Positions 1 to 8,707 of a stretch of 64,000 bases of DNA are shown here, piece by piece. The position numbers and the translations under genes were made by a program. The DNA lies in NCBI GenBank assembly GCA_903917705.1, contig CAIXBQ010000103.1, positions 36,889 through 100,888 of the forward strand. The letters run 5' to 3'. Positions within the stretch are counted from its first letter, which is position 1, and the number at the start of each line of letters is the position of its first letter. The notes under the pieces were generated by a model, which was given only the letters and a program-made list of their open reading frames with translations, was not told the origin of the DNA and made no database searches. The stretch comes from an uncultured Verrucomicrobia subdivision 3 bacterium (GTDB lineage: Bacteria; Verrucomicrobiota; Verrucomicrobiia; Limisphaerales; UBA11358).

Positions 1-44
1 CAGCCTTGCCGGCGATTTAATCGTCTATTTATTGGACACTTCGG

Positions 45-491
45 CCGGACGGCCGCTTTTCCCATGCTTCCGAAGGTCATTTCCTATTTAGCGGGTGGCT
101 CCGAACGAAGGAAATAGTCTCCGCTATCCAGGAAATGACCTTCGGAAGCAGGAAATAGTCGTTTCCTGGATAGCGGATGGCTTCGAACGAACGAAATGGT
201 CATTTCCTAGATTGCGGACGCCTTCGAATGAATGAAATAGCCATTCAAATTATTTGAACGACATTTTCAATACAGAAATAGTCTCCCCAATTTTTTGAAC
301 GACCTTTTCACGCTTGCAATGCCCTCCGCTAATTTAGCGGGTCGTATTGTATGCTTACAATGGCCTCCGCAATTCCAGCTGGTGGCTTTGTAAGCTTACA
401 AAGATCATTTCCAATTTAGCGGGTCGTATTGTAAGCGTACAATGGTAATTTCCTGTTTGGCGGATGGCATTGTAAGCATGCAATGGTCATC
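45..491. repeat. Degenerate tandem array of ~11 units of ~41 bp. Each unit has a 'TTTAGCGG(G/A)T(G/C)G'-like head, a private short palindrome and a 'GGTCATTTCC'-like tail
   Basis: Read by eye. Unit starts lie near 45, 86, 126, 167, 208, 247, 289, 330, 371, 413 and 454. Units 330-370 and 413-453 are near-identical, giving an ~82-bp higher-order period. There is a perfect palindrome TTTGTAAGCTTACAAA at 387-402 and a hairpin ATTGTA-AGCG-TACAAT at 428-443. Unit 126-166 is inverted relative to its neighbours. Confidence 0.8.
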
Positions 492-599
492 TTTTTGGCC
501 GGAACGACCCAAACAAGCGTTGGAAGGCCATGGTCTGGATTTAGGAGGACTCTGGGAAGGTTCAGGCGGACATCCCGGTTTTCCCCAGGCCGTCCGGCG

Positions 600-1256
600 T
601 CACGGAAGCGCCAAGTGGTTGGTCTCAAGTCCGGTGAGCTGGAGCAATTGGCGCAGACTGGAGGCCATGGTCGCTTGCACGCTGCCGTCGGCCAGGCCGA
701 TATTTCCTGAGTTGATGTGGCGGGTCGCCATCCAGGCGACGGGATCGTTCGTCCCGATTGACCGCAAACCCGGCCGCAGCGGCACGCCGCCAACTTGAAA
801 ATTGCTGTCGCCGGAAAGCATCAACTGCGGATTGACGTCGTTGGTCACATCCAGGCCGACGAAATAGCTGATGTTGGAATTGGAGAGTTCCGCAAAGTTG
901 GTCGCCCCAATCCGCGCCGTATCTTCCGGGCAAACCAGGATCTTCGTTAAGCTCAATTCGTTCGACATCACCTGAAAGACTTGCGCCACATTTCCGGTGG
1001 CGGCCATTTCCATCGCGCCGCCTGACTTTGTGGGAACGGCCATTGGCGACAAGTCGCTATTGTCGCCTTCCCAAATCCGGTAGGCCAGACCGATTTGTTT
1101 CAGGCAATTGGTGCAGCCGAGTTTGGAAGAACGGCGGGTGGCCTTGGACAATGCGGGAAGGAGCAGAACCGCGAGAACCATCACGATGGCGATGACCACG
1201 CCGACTTCAAACAGGGTCATCGCGGCGTTGCGTTGGGAGGAAAGGCGCGGTTGCAT
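600..1256 (-). CDS. Prepilin-type N-terminal cleavage/methylation domain protein with H-X9-DG C-terminal motif (pseudopilin-like)
   Basis: The N-terminus ..NAAMTLFEVGVVIAIVMVLAVLLLPALSKA has a hydrophobic helix with E at +5. The C-terminus RHINSGNIGLADGSV matches H-X9-DG. This family is expanded in Verrucomicrobiota/Planctomycetota. Confidence 0.8.
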   Translation of the reverse strand: MQPRLSSQRNAAMTLFEVGVVIAIVMVLAVLLLPALSKATRRSSKLGCTNCLKQIGLAYRIWEGDNSDLSPMAVPTKSGGAMEMAATGNVAQVFQVMSNELSLTKILVCPEDTARIGATNFAELSNSNISYFVGLDVTNDVNPQLMLSGDSNFQVGGVPLRPGLRSIGTNDPVAWMATRHINSGNIGLADGSVQATMASSLRQLLQLTGLETNHLALP

Positions 1257-1267
1257 GACCGCGGGAG

Positions 1268-1828
1268 TTATTTCGCCATGTTCAGCGCGTAAACGATCAA
1301 ACCGATGATGACGACGCCGACGACAATGCCGATCACCAGGAAAACGCGGTTGGTCTTGTTGGACTTTTTGGAAAAGGCGGCGTTGGTGTCGAAGCCGCCC
1401 ACGCGGGTGCCGCTTTCCTCGAGATCGCTCATCTTGACGCCGCGCGACATGACCATGGTTGCATCCACCGGACTTTTCCGGGGGGCGGGCGGCGGCGGGG
1501 CGGACGGGGCGGACGCGACCGGCGCCGGCGCCGCGACGGGCTTGCCGTCGTCTATCTTCAGTTCCACCTGGCCGAAGCGCAGGGTCTGGCCGGGCTTGAG
1601 GACGATCTCGGTAAACTTTTCGCCGTTGAGATACGAGCCGTTTGTCGAATTGAGATCCTTGATGACGATCTCAGTGCCGCGCAGGATGATCTCGGCGTGA
1701 TGGCTGGAAACCGACGGGTCGGGAATCTGAAAGGTGTTATCCTCCACCCGGCCAACCGTCGTGCGCTCTACGTTCAGCTCGAACGTGCGACCGGTCATGC
1801 CCTGGTTCAGGATAACAAGTTTGGCCAT
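1268..1828 (-). CDS. FHA-domain protein with Pro/Ala-rich linker and C-terminal transmembrane anchor
   Basis: FHA signature TTVGRVEDNTFQIPDPSVSSHHAEI...DLNSTNGSYLNGEK, linker APAPVASAPSAPPPPAP, and C-terminal helix VFLVIGIVVGVVIIGLIVYAL. Confidence 0.8.
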   Translation of the reverse strand: MAKLVILNQGMTGRTFELNVERTTVGRVEDNTFQIPDPSVSSHHAEIILRGTEIVIKDLNSTNGSYLNGEKFTEIVLKPGQTLRFGQVELKIDDGKPVAAPAPVASAPSAPPPPAPRKSPVDATMVMSRGVKMSDLEESGTRVGGFDTNAAFSKKSNKTNRVFLVIGIVVGVVIIGLIVYALNMAK

Positions 1829-1894
1829 AGATTGTTTCGGCAGATTATGAGCGCGGCGGCTTTCAAGTCAAACGCAAATCTGAGGCGGGGTGTT

Positions 1895-3055
1895 TCATCC
1901 GCGCTTTTCGATTAGCTGCCGGAATTCCGCAAACAGCGGCGTGGAATCGTGCGGTCCGGGCGAGGCTTCGGGATGGTATTGCACGCAGAACACCGGTTTG
2001 GTCTTGTGCCGCAATCCTTCGACGGTCTGGTCATTCAAATTGAGGCGGTTCACCGCCACGTCGGCCGGCAGGCTGTCCGGGTCCACGGCGAAACCGTGGT
2101 TTTGCGAGGTGATCTCCACCCGGCCGGATTCCAGGTCCTTCACCGGCTGGTTGCCGCCGCGATGGCCGAATTTCAGCTTGAAGGTTTTCCCGCCGAGCGC
2201 CTGGCCGAGAATCTGGTGGCCGAGACAAATCCCGAAAATCGGGATGCCGCTGTCGAGCAGCGTCTTCACTTCGCGGACGATGTAATCGAGCGCCGCCGGG
2301 TCGCCGGGGCCGTTCGAGAGGAAAATCCCCGCCGGCTTGTGCTTGAGCGCGTCGGCGGCGGTGGCGGTGGCCGGCAGGACCTGCGTCGCGAAACCGTGCT
2401 GCCGCAGCCGGCGCAGGATATTGTACTTCATCCCGTAGTCGAACGCGACAATCGGGATGTCCGCCGGCGGCAGCGGCTGGCGCATGTTGCGCGCGTCGGC
2501 AAATTTGATGCCGCGGACCAGGTCGAACGCCGCGCTCTGCTCGTCCTTTTCGTCCCAGCGGAACGCCTTTTTATGTGTGACTTCCTTGACGTAGTCCACG
2601 CCGACGAAGACGAATTCCTGCGCCCGCTTGACCGCCTCGGCTTCGGTGATCTTTTCGGTGGAAATGAAGCCGTTCAGCGCGCCGCGCACCCGGAGTTTCT
2701 TGGTCAAGGCGCGGGTGTCAATGCCCTGGATGCCGGGGATCCCGTTCTTCTCCAGGTATTCCGCCAGGGAAGCGTCCGCGCGCCAGTTGCTCACGACCGG
2801 CGAGAGTTCGCGGATGACAAAGCCCGCCGCGTGCGGCCGCCACGATTCCACGTCCTGCGAATTGACCCCGTAGTTGCCGATGAGCGGATAGGTCATCGTG
2901 ACAATCTGGCCCTTGTAGGACGGGTCGGTGAGGATTTCCTGGTAGCCCGTCATGGAAGTGTTGAAACATACCTCGCCGCAGGCTGACGCTTTCGCGCCAA
3001 AACCCGTGCCGTGGAAAATGGAACCGTCTTCAAGGGCCAGAATCGCTTTCATCAA
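1895..3055 (-). CDS. carA: Carbamoyl-phosphate synthase small subunit (glutamine amidotransferase)
   Basis: Full-length family pattern: N-terminus MKAILALEDGSIFHGTGFGA; GATase triad region GICLGHQIL, FGHRGGNQPV and QYHPEASPGPHD. Confidence 0.93.
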   Translation of the reverse strand: MMKAILALEDGSIFHGTGFGAKASACGEVCFNTSMTGYQEILTDPSYKGQIVTMTYPLIGNYGVNSQDVESWRPHAAGFVIRELSPVVSNWRADASLAEYLEKNGIPGIQGIDTRALTKKLRVRGALNGFISTEKITEAEAVKRAQEFVFVGVDYVKEVTHKKAFRWDEKDEQSAAFDLVRGIKFADARNMRQPLPPADIPIVAFDYGMKYNILRRLRQHGFATQVLPATATAADALKHKPAGIFLSNGPGDPAALDYIVREVKTLLDSGIPIFGICLGHQILGQALGGKTFKLKFGHRGGNQPVKDLESGRVEITSQNHGFAVDPDSLPADVAVNRLNLNDQTVEGLRHKTKPVFCVQYHPEASPGPHDSTPLFAEFRQLIEKRG

Positions 3056-3106
3056 AATCGCGCTATACTAAAGTCGCGGCGCGGCCGGTTCAAGTTTTAA
3101 CAAAAC

Positions 3107-3131
3107 GGGCGCGGCAGTTTTTGCCGCGCCC
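3107..3131 (-). terminator. Candidate rho-independent terminator after the thioredoxin-like gene
   Basis: Perfect 10-bp stem GGGCGCGGCA / TGCCGCGCCC with a 5-nt loop. On the minus strand it is followed by GTTTTGTTAAAAC. It lies 25 nt downstream of the stop at 3156. Confidence 0.55.
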
Positions 3132-3155
3132 GCACTCCGGCGAACCAGGAGAATC

Positions 3156-3593
3156 TTATTTTTTGAACCCTTCCAGCTTGGCGATGAACGCCTTCGGGCC
3201 GCCTTCCGCATAACCGACCTGCCGGCCGATTTCCTTGCCGTTTTTGTCCAGCACGATCAATGTCGGGAAGCCGCTGATTTTATATTGTTTTTTCAACGCG
3301 GCGTTGGCCGTTTTCAGATCGGCGTCCTGGACTTTCTTGTGCGGATAATCCAGCTCCACCAGCACGACGTTTTTGGCGGCATATTCCTGGAACTCGGGTG
3401 TGTCGAGGACCTCCTTGCGGAACTTGATGCACCAGCCGCACCAGTCCGAGCCGGTGAAATCCATGAGCACGATTTTGTTTTCGGATTTCGCCTGTGCCTG
3501 GGCTTTGGGCAGGTCGGTTAGCCAGGCGGCTTCCGCCGCGTTCACCTGCCAACAAATCGTGGCAGCCACCATTGCAAGGAGCAGTTTTTTCAT
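3156..3593 (-). CDS. Secreted thioredoxin-fold protein (CxxC)
   Basis: Signal peptide MKKLLLAMVAATICWQVNAAEA, redox motif DWCGWCIKF, and GFPTLIVLDKNGKE typical of the thioredoxin fold. Confidence 0.8.
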   Translation of the reverse strand: MKKLLLAMVAATICWQVNAAEAAWLTDLPKAQAQAKSENKIVLMDFTGSDWCGWCIKFRKEVLDTPEFQEYAAKNVVLVELDYPHKKVQDADLKTANAALKKQYKISGFPTLIVLDKNGKEIGRQVGYAEGGPKAFIAKLEGFKK

Positions 3594-3619
3594 AATTGTA
3601 TATAATCCGGCGTCGGAGT

Positions 3620-4996
3620 TTAGACCGCCACCTGGTCCGGTCGTTCAACCAAAACACTTTTACCGGCGACGATCGTGGCCGCCGCCTTGCCCTTGAGCGT
3701 CCAGCCGAAAAACGGATTGTTCTTCGATTTGCTCGCCGAATCGTCGCGGTTGAATACCCATTCCTGTTCCGGGTCAAACACCGTCACATCGGCGTCCGCG
3801 CCGATGCCCAGCGTTCCTTTGTTCAGCTTCAGCAGTCGCGCGGGGTTGATGGTGAACTTCGCGATCATGTCCGTGAGCGAGATCCGTTTCGTGTGGACGA
3901 GTTGCATGAGCGCCAGCGCCAGCTCCGTCTCCAGCCCGGTGATGCCGAACGGGGCATAATCAAATTCGACCTCCTTTTCGAAATCGCAGTGGGGCGCGTG
4001 GTCGCTGCACAAAATATCAATCGTGCCGTCGGCCAGGCCTTCGAGGATCGCCTCGCGGTCCCGGGCTGAGCGGAGCGGGGGATTCATTTTGAAGTTGGTG
4101 TCATATTGCGGCCAGGCCGGCAGCTTGCCGGGTTGCGATTTCGCCAGCAGCTTGCCGTCGTTACTCCAGAATTTATCGCTGCCGGCCACCGCTGCGTCGG
4201 TCAGGGTGAAATGGTGCGGGCAAGCTTCGCCGGAAATGGGGACGCCGCGTTTCTTAGCCGCCCGGATCAGGGCGACGCTGCCGGCCGCGCTGAGGTGCTG
4301 GCAGTGGATTTTCGCGCCGGTCAGTTCTGCCAGCAGGATGTTCCGCGCCACGATCATTTCCTCGCCCGCCGCCGGCCAGCCGCGCAGGCCGAGCGCCGTG
4401 CTCCAATAGCCCTCGTGCATCACGCCGTCGGTCACGAATGAATAATCCTGGCAATGGTCGAACAGGGGCAGGTCGAACATCTTCGCGTATTCGCAGGCGC
4501 GGCGCATGAGGTCGTTGTTCTGCACGCAATGGCCGTCGTCGGTGATGGCCACGACGCCGGCCTTTTTCAAGCCGCCGATCGGCGCCATCTCCTCGCCGGC
4601 GATGCCCTTGGTGATCGCGCCCGTCACAAACACGTTTACGATGCCCTCGCGGGCGGCGCGTTCGTGGATGAGCGCGACGGTGCCGGCATTGTCAATCGCC
4701 GGCGCCGTGTTGGGCATGCAGACGACGGAGGTGAATCCGCCGCGGGCGGCGGCGGCGGTGCCGCTGGCGATGGTTTCTTTCGCGGTTTGGCCGGGTTCGC
4801 GCAGATGGACATGCAAGTCAATGAGGCCGGGCGAAACGATTTTCCCTTTTGCGTCAAGCCGCTCCGCGCCGGTGGGGGCGGGCAGTTTGGCGCCGATGGC
4901 GGAGATTTTGCCGTCGAGGATCAGGACGTCGGCAATGGCATCAAATTTGTTGGCGGGATCAATCACGCGACCGCCGGTGAGAAGCAGCGAATTCAT
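3620..4996 (-). CDS. pyrC: Dihydroorotase
   Basis: Start taken at MNSLLLTGGRVIDP (the ORF track extends to 5032). Metal ligand motifs DLHVHLREPG and CSDHAPH; amidohydrolase length. Confidence 0.9.
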   Translation of the reverse strand: MNSLLLTGGRVIDPANKFDAIADVLILDGKISAIGAKLPAPTGAERLDAKGKIVSPGLIDLHVHLREPGQTAKETIASGTAAAARGGFTSVVCMPNTAPAIDNAGTVALIHERAAREGIVNVFVTGAITKGIAGEEMAPIGGLKKAGVVAITDDGHCVQNNDLMRRACEYAKMFDLPLFDHCQDYSFVTDGVMHEGYWSTALGLRGWPAAGEEMIVARNILLAELTGAKIHCQHLSAAGSVALIRAAKKRGVPISGEACPHHFTLTDAAVAGSDKFWSNDGKLLAKSQPGKLPAWPQYDTNFKMNPPLRSARDREAILEGLADGTIDILCSDHAPHCDFEKEVEFDYAPFGITGLETELALALMQLVHTKRISLTDMIAKFTINPARLLKLNKGTLGIGADADVTVFDPEQEWVFNRDDSASKSKNNPFFGWTLKGKAAATIVAGKSVLVERPDQVAV

Positions 4997-5058
4997 CGGC
5001 GCGAGCGTAGCGCGGCGCGATTGACAAGGCAAGTGCGGGCGCTATGATTTGAGCCGTT

Positions 5059-5132
5059 GCGGGTGTAGTTCAATGGTAGAACGGAAGCCTTCCAAGCTTC
5101 ATACGTGGGTTCGATTCCCATCACCCGCTCCA
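5059..5132 (+). tRNA. tRNA-Gly (anticodon UCC), CCA encoded
   Basis: Manual cloverleaf: acceptor GCGGGTG/CACCCGC, D arm GTTC-AATGGTA-GAAC, anticodon arm GAAGC-CTTCCAA-GCTTC (TCC at positions 34-36), variable ATAC, T arm GTGGG-TTCGATT-CCCAT, then T-CCA. Confidence 0.93.
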
Positions 5133-5157
5133 TTGATTATCAACGACTTGCGAAGCG

Positions 5158-5179
5158 GTGCAAGTAAAGTGCAAGTAAA
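5158..5179. repeat. 11-bp word duplicated in tandem (GTGCAAGTAAA x2)
   Basis: Read directly, 26 nt downstream of the tRNA. Confidence 0.9.
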
Positions 5180-5271
5180 TTAGGGTTTTTTGGAGGGCAC
5201 CGGATTTGCAGTCAACTGGCTCGGATTTCGACCGATTTGGACACATCATTTCGATTTTCAAGGAAGTTTTT

Positions 5272-5601
5272 TTAACCCGCCTCAGCCAAAATTTGAGCCA
5301 AACGACCAGTAAATCTAACGCCGGTTTTCGTTGGGATGGGTCGCTCGGTTTCCGGTTTGGGTGAGGGGGTATCAATGGTGGCTTTCAATCCGGTTTTGGC
5401 GTTACGCCATTGTACAAAGTCTTGCCAAAAAACAACGCCCGAGAAAGAGGGAAAACCCGGTTGTCGAAACCAGGCGCGAGCAGTGGAGTAGGAAACCCCG
5501 GTTAGCACCGCAAACTCCTTGGTGTTTAGCGCCTGATCCAAACGCCGCTTTTCAACGACTTGATCAAGGGCAACATTGAGCAGTTGCTTGTCGCGCGTCA
5601 T
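5272..5601 (-). CDS. Small helix-turn-helix DNA-binding protein (excisionase/MerR-like HTH)
   Basis: LNTKEFAVLTGVSYSTARAWFRQPGFP resembles excisionase-type HTH. The gene sits in a low-GC flank of the tRNA (5161-5220 = 27/60 GC). Confidence 0.55.
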   Translation of the reverse strand: MTRDKQLLNVALDQVVEKRRLDQALNTKEFAVLTGVSYSTARAWFRQPGFPSFSGVVFWQDFVQWRNAKTGLKATIDTPSPKPETERPIPTKTGVRFTGRLAQILAEAG

Positions 5602-5604
5602 GGA

Positions 5605-5877
5605 TCAAACCTTGGTTGTCGTTTCGTCAACGGCAGCTTTTGCAGCATCCACCAACCCGCGAAGCTGCCCATGCCGGTGCGCGAAGAACCAGACACCCAC
5701 GGCCGCGCCGACACCGCCCAAAATCAGAAGTTCATTCCCGACGATCAGCGACGGGAGAATCATCAAGGCGATGCCACCAACCAGAATCGCCGCGCTCGTC
5801 GTCACGCTGCCGATAATGAGCTTCAGGGGCGGATAAAAGATCGACGCTAGGCCGAATAGGAACATGGCCACGCCCAT
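5605..5877 (-). CDS. Small membrane protein (about 3 hydrophobic helices), unknown function
   Basis: Hydrophobic segments MFLFGLASIFYPPLKLIIG, AAILVGGIALMILPSLIVG and LLILGGVGAAVGVWFFA. Its stop is 3 nt from the HTH gene start. Confidence 0.5.
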   Translation of the reverse strand: MGVAMFLFGLASIFYPPLKLIIGSVTTSAAILVGGIALMILPSLIVGNELLILGGVGAAVGVWFFAHRHGQLRGLVDAAKAAVDETTTKV

Positions 5878-6056
5878 CCACCAGACCGGCGCCGGTCTCC
5901 TTGATGAGCGTAAGTGGCATAAAATTTTGGCCCGTCCGTGCTACGGACTCATGCAATGACTTCGAGGCCGAACCGCGCGAGGATCAGCCCTTTGAGCAGG
6001 TGCAAAGCGAACGCCTCAAAGAAAGGCGGGCGTAGCGCCGGACCAAGCCGTCCGGC

Positions 6057-6851
6057 TCAACCGGGCAGGTCCAGTGACGCGGCTTTGGCTGCTGCGCGGC
6101 GGGTGTAGGCGCCCCAGGCGAACCAGATGGCGATGAACAATACGACGGCGCCGAACAGGTAAAGCACCGTGTGCCCCAGGTCCTCTTTGCGCAAGCCGGA
6201 TCCAATCAGGACCATGGGCACGGCCTCGGGAAATAAGCCGAGGCTGGTGCCGAGGAAGAACTCGCGTCGGCGGATGGGCGAGAGGCCGAGCACGATGTTC
6301 GCGACCATCCCCGGAAGTGGAATCTGACGGAAGAGGATCACGGCAGGAACGGTGTTGTGCTTGAGTTTGGCGGCCAGTTTTTCCCAGGCGGGATGCTTGC
6401 GCAGGATCGTCTCCCGCCAGCCTAGTCGGCGCACGGCAAAGAAGACCACGCCGTAACCGATCATGGTGCCGAGGCAACTCCACAGCAAGCCGCCCCAAAA
6501 CGCGAACAGCGCCCCGCCCAGAAAATGAAACGCCAGCCGGGGCAGACCGCATCCCACCAGCACCGCCAGGCTCGCCGTGAACACCACCGGCGCCCACGGA
6601 CCGCAATCATGGATGAACTGTTTAAGGCGCGGCTGGTTGTCTGTGATGAAGTGCCGGACCGGCGGCAGCGAGGTCAGCACTCCCATCACCAGCAACGCGC
6701 CGAGCAGCAGCCCCGCCTGCTTGAAGACTCGGCGCTTGAACTGGGCCGCCGCCTCCGGCTGCGGGTTTGTGTCCGCCAACGCGTCGAGGCCGGCGGTTTC
6801 TTCATCGGCCGCCCGGGGGGCCGGGTTTGGGTTGTCGCTGGGTATCGCCAT
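6057..6851 (-). CDS. TVP38/TMEM64 (DedA-related, SNARE-associated) family membrane protein
   Basis: Multi-TM protein. FRQIPLPGMVANIVLGLSPIRRREFFLGTSLG matches the family signature region. Confidence 0.75.
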   Translation of the reverse strand: MAIPSDNPNPAPRAADEETAGLDALADTNPQPEAAAQFKRRVFKQAGLLLGALLVMGVLTSLPPVRHFITDNQPRLKQFIHDCGPWAPVVFTASLAVLVGCGLPRLAFHFLGGALFAFWGGLLWSCLGTMIGYGVVFFAVRRLGWRETILRKHPAWEKLAAKLKHNTVPAVILFRQIPLPGMVANIVLGLSPIRRREFFLGTSLGLFPEAVPMVLIGSGLRKEDLGHTVLYLFGAVVLFIAIWFAWGAYTRRAAAKAASLDLPG

Positions 6852-7018
6852 TCGTTTTAGTGATGGCGAACACGCTATGCGGCGGCCCGGCCGCAGGCAA
6901 TGGCAAATCGTTGGCCCCAGAGAAAAGACAATTGCGCCGTCAGAGACGGCCTTTCCCGAGGTGGAGTTGAGGCATGAGACAGAACGCGCGTTTGCGTGGT
7001 TGCATACGCGTGAGATTT

Positions 7019-7037
7019 ATCTGTCGGACCGACAGAT
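7019..7037. promoter_or_regulatory. 19-bp palindrome ATCTGTCGG-A-CCGACAGAT, candidate operator upstream of the OMP/glucanase operon
   Basis: Perfect 9-bp arms around one central base, about 240 nt upstream of the 7277 start. Confidence 0.35.
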
Positions 7038-7136
7038 GTCGTATCGCTGGAAGCAGTTTTTGGCTGGGTTTTGCCCTGAAGAAAATCTTGGTTCGCTAAG
7101 GAAATTACTAGGATATCTCGCGTGGCCGTTTCGATT

Positions 7137-7164
7137 GTTTGTTCATGACCGTTTGTTCATGACC
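7137..7164. repeat. 14-bp word duplicated in tandem (GTTTGTTCATGACC x2)
   Basis: Read directly. Confidence 0.9.
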
Positions 7165-7276
7165 GTTACAGTTTCATCTACTACGTGAAACAGGTTTGGC
7201 AAATGGGCAATATCTGGAAAGATCGTGCCAAAAGATGTTCATCGCATGCTCTCGTGAATTGGTAATTTGCATAAGC

Positions 7277-8626
7277 GTGAAACTGAAAATTGAATTATTC
7301 ATTGCCGGCGCCCTTGGAATGTTGTGTTTGGGTGTTTTGTCCGCGCATGCAGTGGAAAAAGTCGTCAATACCCCGCTGCAAAAGCCGGTATGGTTGACGG
7401 ATTGTTCCTTGGCCATAAAGGAAAGCTACGACAACAATGTATTTCTCTCCGGCGTGTATTCGAAATACCTTCCGGCTCCCTACACCGTGCCATCGGGCAG
7501 CGTGGCCGCGGTGAAAAATCTTTCTTCATGGGTCACCACTGTCTCGCCGAAGCTGGGCGTCAACTTTGCGCCGCTGCTGGGGGAGCAGAAAACGCTTCAA
7601 GTCTTGTCACTGGCGTATGCACCAGACCTTGCTGTGTATCACGACCAGGATTCGGAAAATTTTAATGCACATCGGTTTTTGGTCGCAATCAAGGTCCAAG
7701 CGGATCCGGTTTCGTTTGGAGCGGAAAACAGTTTCGTGTTTGTGGACGGCAGTCAATCAGGGCCATTTTATCCCAACGCCTTGTTAAGCGCCTTTGCCAC
7801 GTCAGCGGCGCGAGAACGGCGGGAGCAAATCATGGATCGGGCAAATATTTCGGTTCAGGTTGGCCAGAATCAGTGGTTTGTCCGGACCGTGGCGTCGCTG
7901 CTATATTATGACATGATGACGGATTTACGCAGTCTCAGCGGCTACCAGAATTACGCGGATCGCTATGACGTCAACGGTGGCGTTGATTTCGGATGCAAAA
8001 TCATACCGTCAATGGCGCTCACTCTGGGCTGGCGTTACGGCCATCAATATCAGGAGACATTTGCCTTCGACCCAAGTCATTACAGTTCGACTAGCGATTA
8101 TCAGCGCTTGCTGCTCGGCGTCGAGGGCAGACCGTTGAAATGGCTCGAAGTGAAAATTCAAAGCGGTCCGGATTTCCGCAATTACGGTGTGGCCGCGCCG
8201 GTGAACGACCGGCATCCGGTGAAGTATTACGGGGAGGCTCAATTGACGGCAACGCTCACATCGGCGGACACGCTGACCTTCAAGTGCAAGCAATGGCAAT
8301 GGGTTTCAATGCTCGGCAAGGCTCCGTTTTACGACAGCCTCTGCGACCTGACCTATCACCGCAGGGTCACGGATAAACTTGCCTTGGACTTGAGCGGGCG
8401 ACTGGAGTCATGGGATTATACCTCCGGCAACCTGTCTGCCTGCCAGCGGGACGATTGGCAATACACCGTTTCTGCTGGTTTGGGGTACAACGTCAGCCCG
8501 CACCTCGGCGTCAACCTAGGTTGCGTGTTGAACTTGGGTCGCAATAATCGTGACGGTCTGGCCAATTCGCAGACCCGTGAGTTTGATCAGCAGTTGGTTT
8601 CACTGGGAGCGCTGTGGAAATTTTGA
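7277..8626 (+). CDS. Putative outer-membrane beta-barrel protein
   Basis: A GTG start at 7277 gives the signal peptide VKLKIELFIAGALGMLCLGVLSAHA|VEK (the ORF track starts at 7196). Alternating amphipathic strands and a C-terminal ...SLGALWKF with terminal aromatic residue. Confidence 0.6.
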   Translation: MKLKIELFIAGALGMLCLGVLSAHAVEKVVNTPLQKPVWLTDCSLAIKESYDNNVFLSGVYSKYLPAPYTVPSGSVAAVKNLSSWVTTVSPKLGVNFAPLLGEQKTLQVLSLAYAPDLAVYHDQDSENFNAHRFLVAIKVQADPVSFGAENSFVFVDGSQSGPFYPNALLSAFATSAARERREQIMDRANISVQVGQNQWFVRTVASLLYYDMMTDLRSLSGYQNYADRYDVNGGVDFGCKIIPSMALTLGWRYGHQYQETFAFDPSHYSSTSDYQRLLLGVEGRPLKWLEVKIQSGPDFRNYGVAAPVNDRHPVKYYGEAQLTATLTSADTLTFKCKQWQWVSMLGKAPFYDSLCDLTYHRRVTDKLALDLSGRLESWDYTSGNLSACQRDDWQYTVSAGLGYNVSPHLGVNLGCVLNLGRNNRDGLANSQTREFDQQLVSLGALWKF

Positions 8627-8707
8627 AATAGGGAGCAGGTTGGTCGGGATAAAACCGTTGCGCTTTTCCATTTCGCACCGAACCGCTTCCTGTTAAAACA
8701 TTTTGCG

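Noticed and set aside
45-491. CRISPR or other guide-RNA array
   Set aside because: The frames are too degenerate, and the variable cores are only ~12-16 nt. The cores are palindromic and are clearly diverged copies of one another (subfamilies), not independent spacers. There are no cas-like genes in the window and no box C/D-like motifs.
5059-8700. Intact integrative element or genomic island at tRNA-Gly
   Set aside because: No integrase or recombinase ORF is present. I could not find a convincing direct repeat of the tRNA 3' end; there is only a 10-nt TCCCATCACC match inside the TVP38 gene near 6686. Only a possible remnant is reported.
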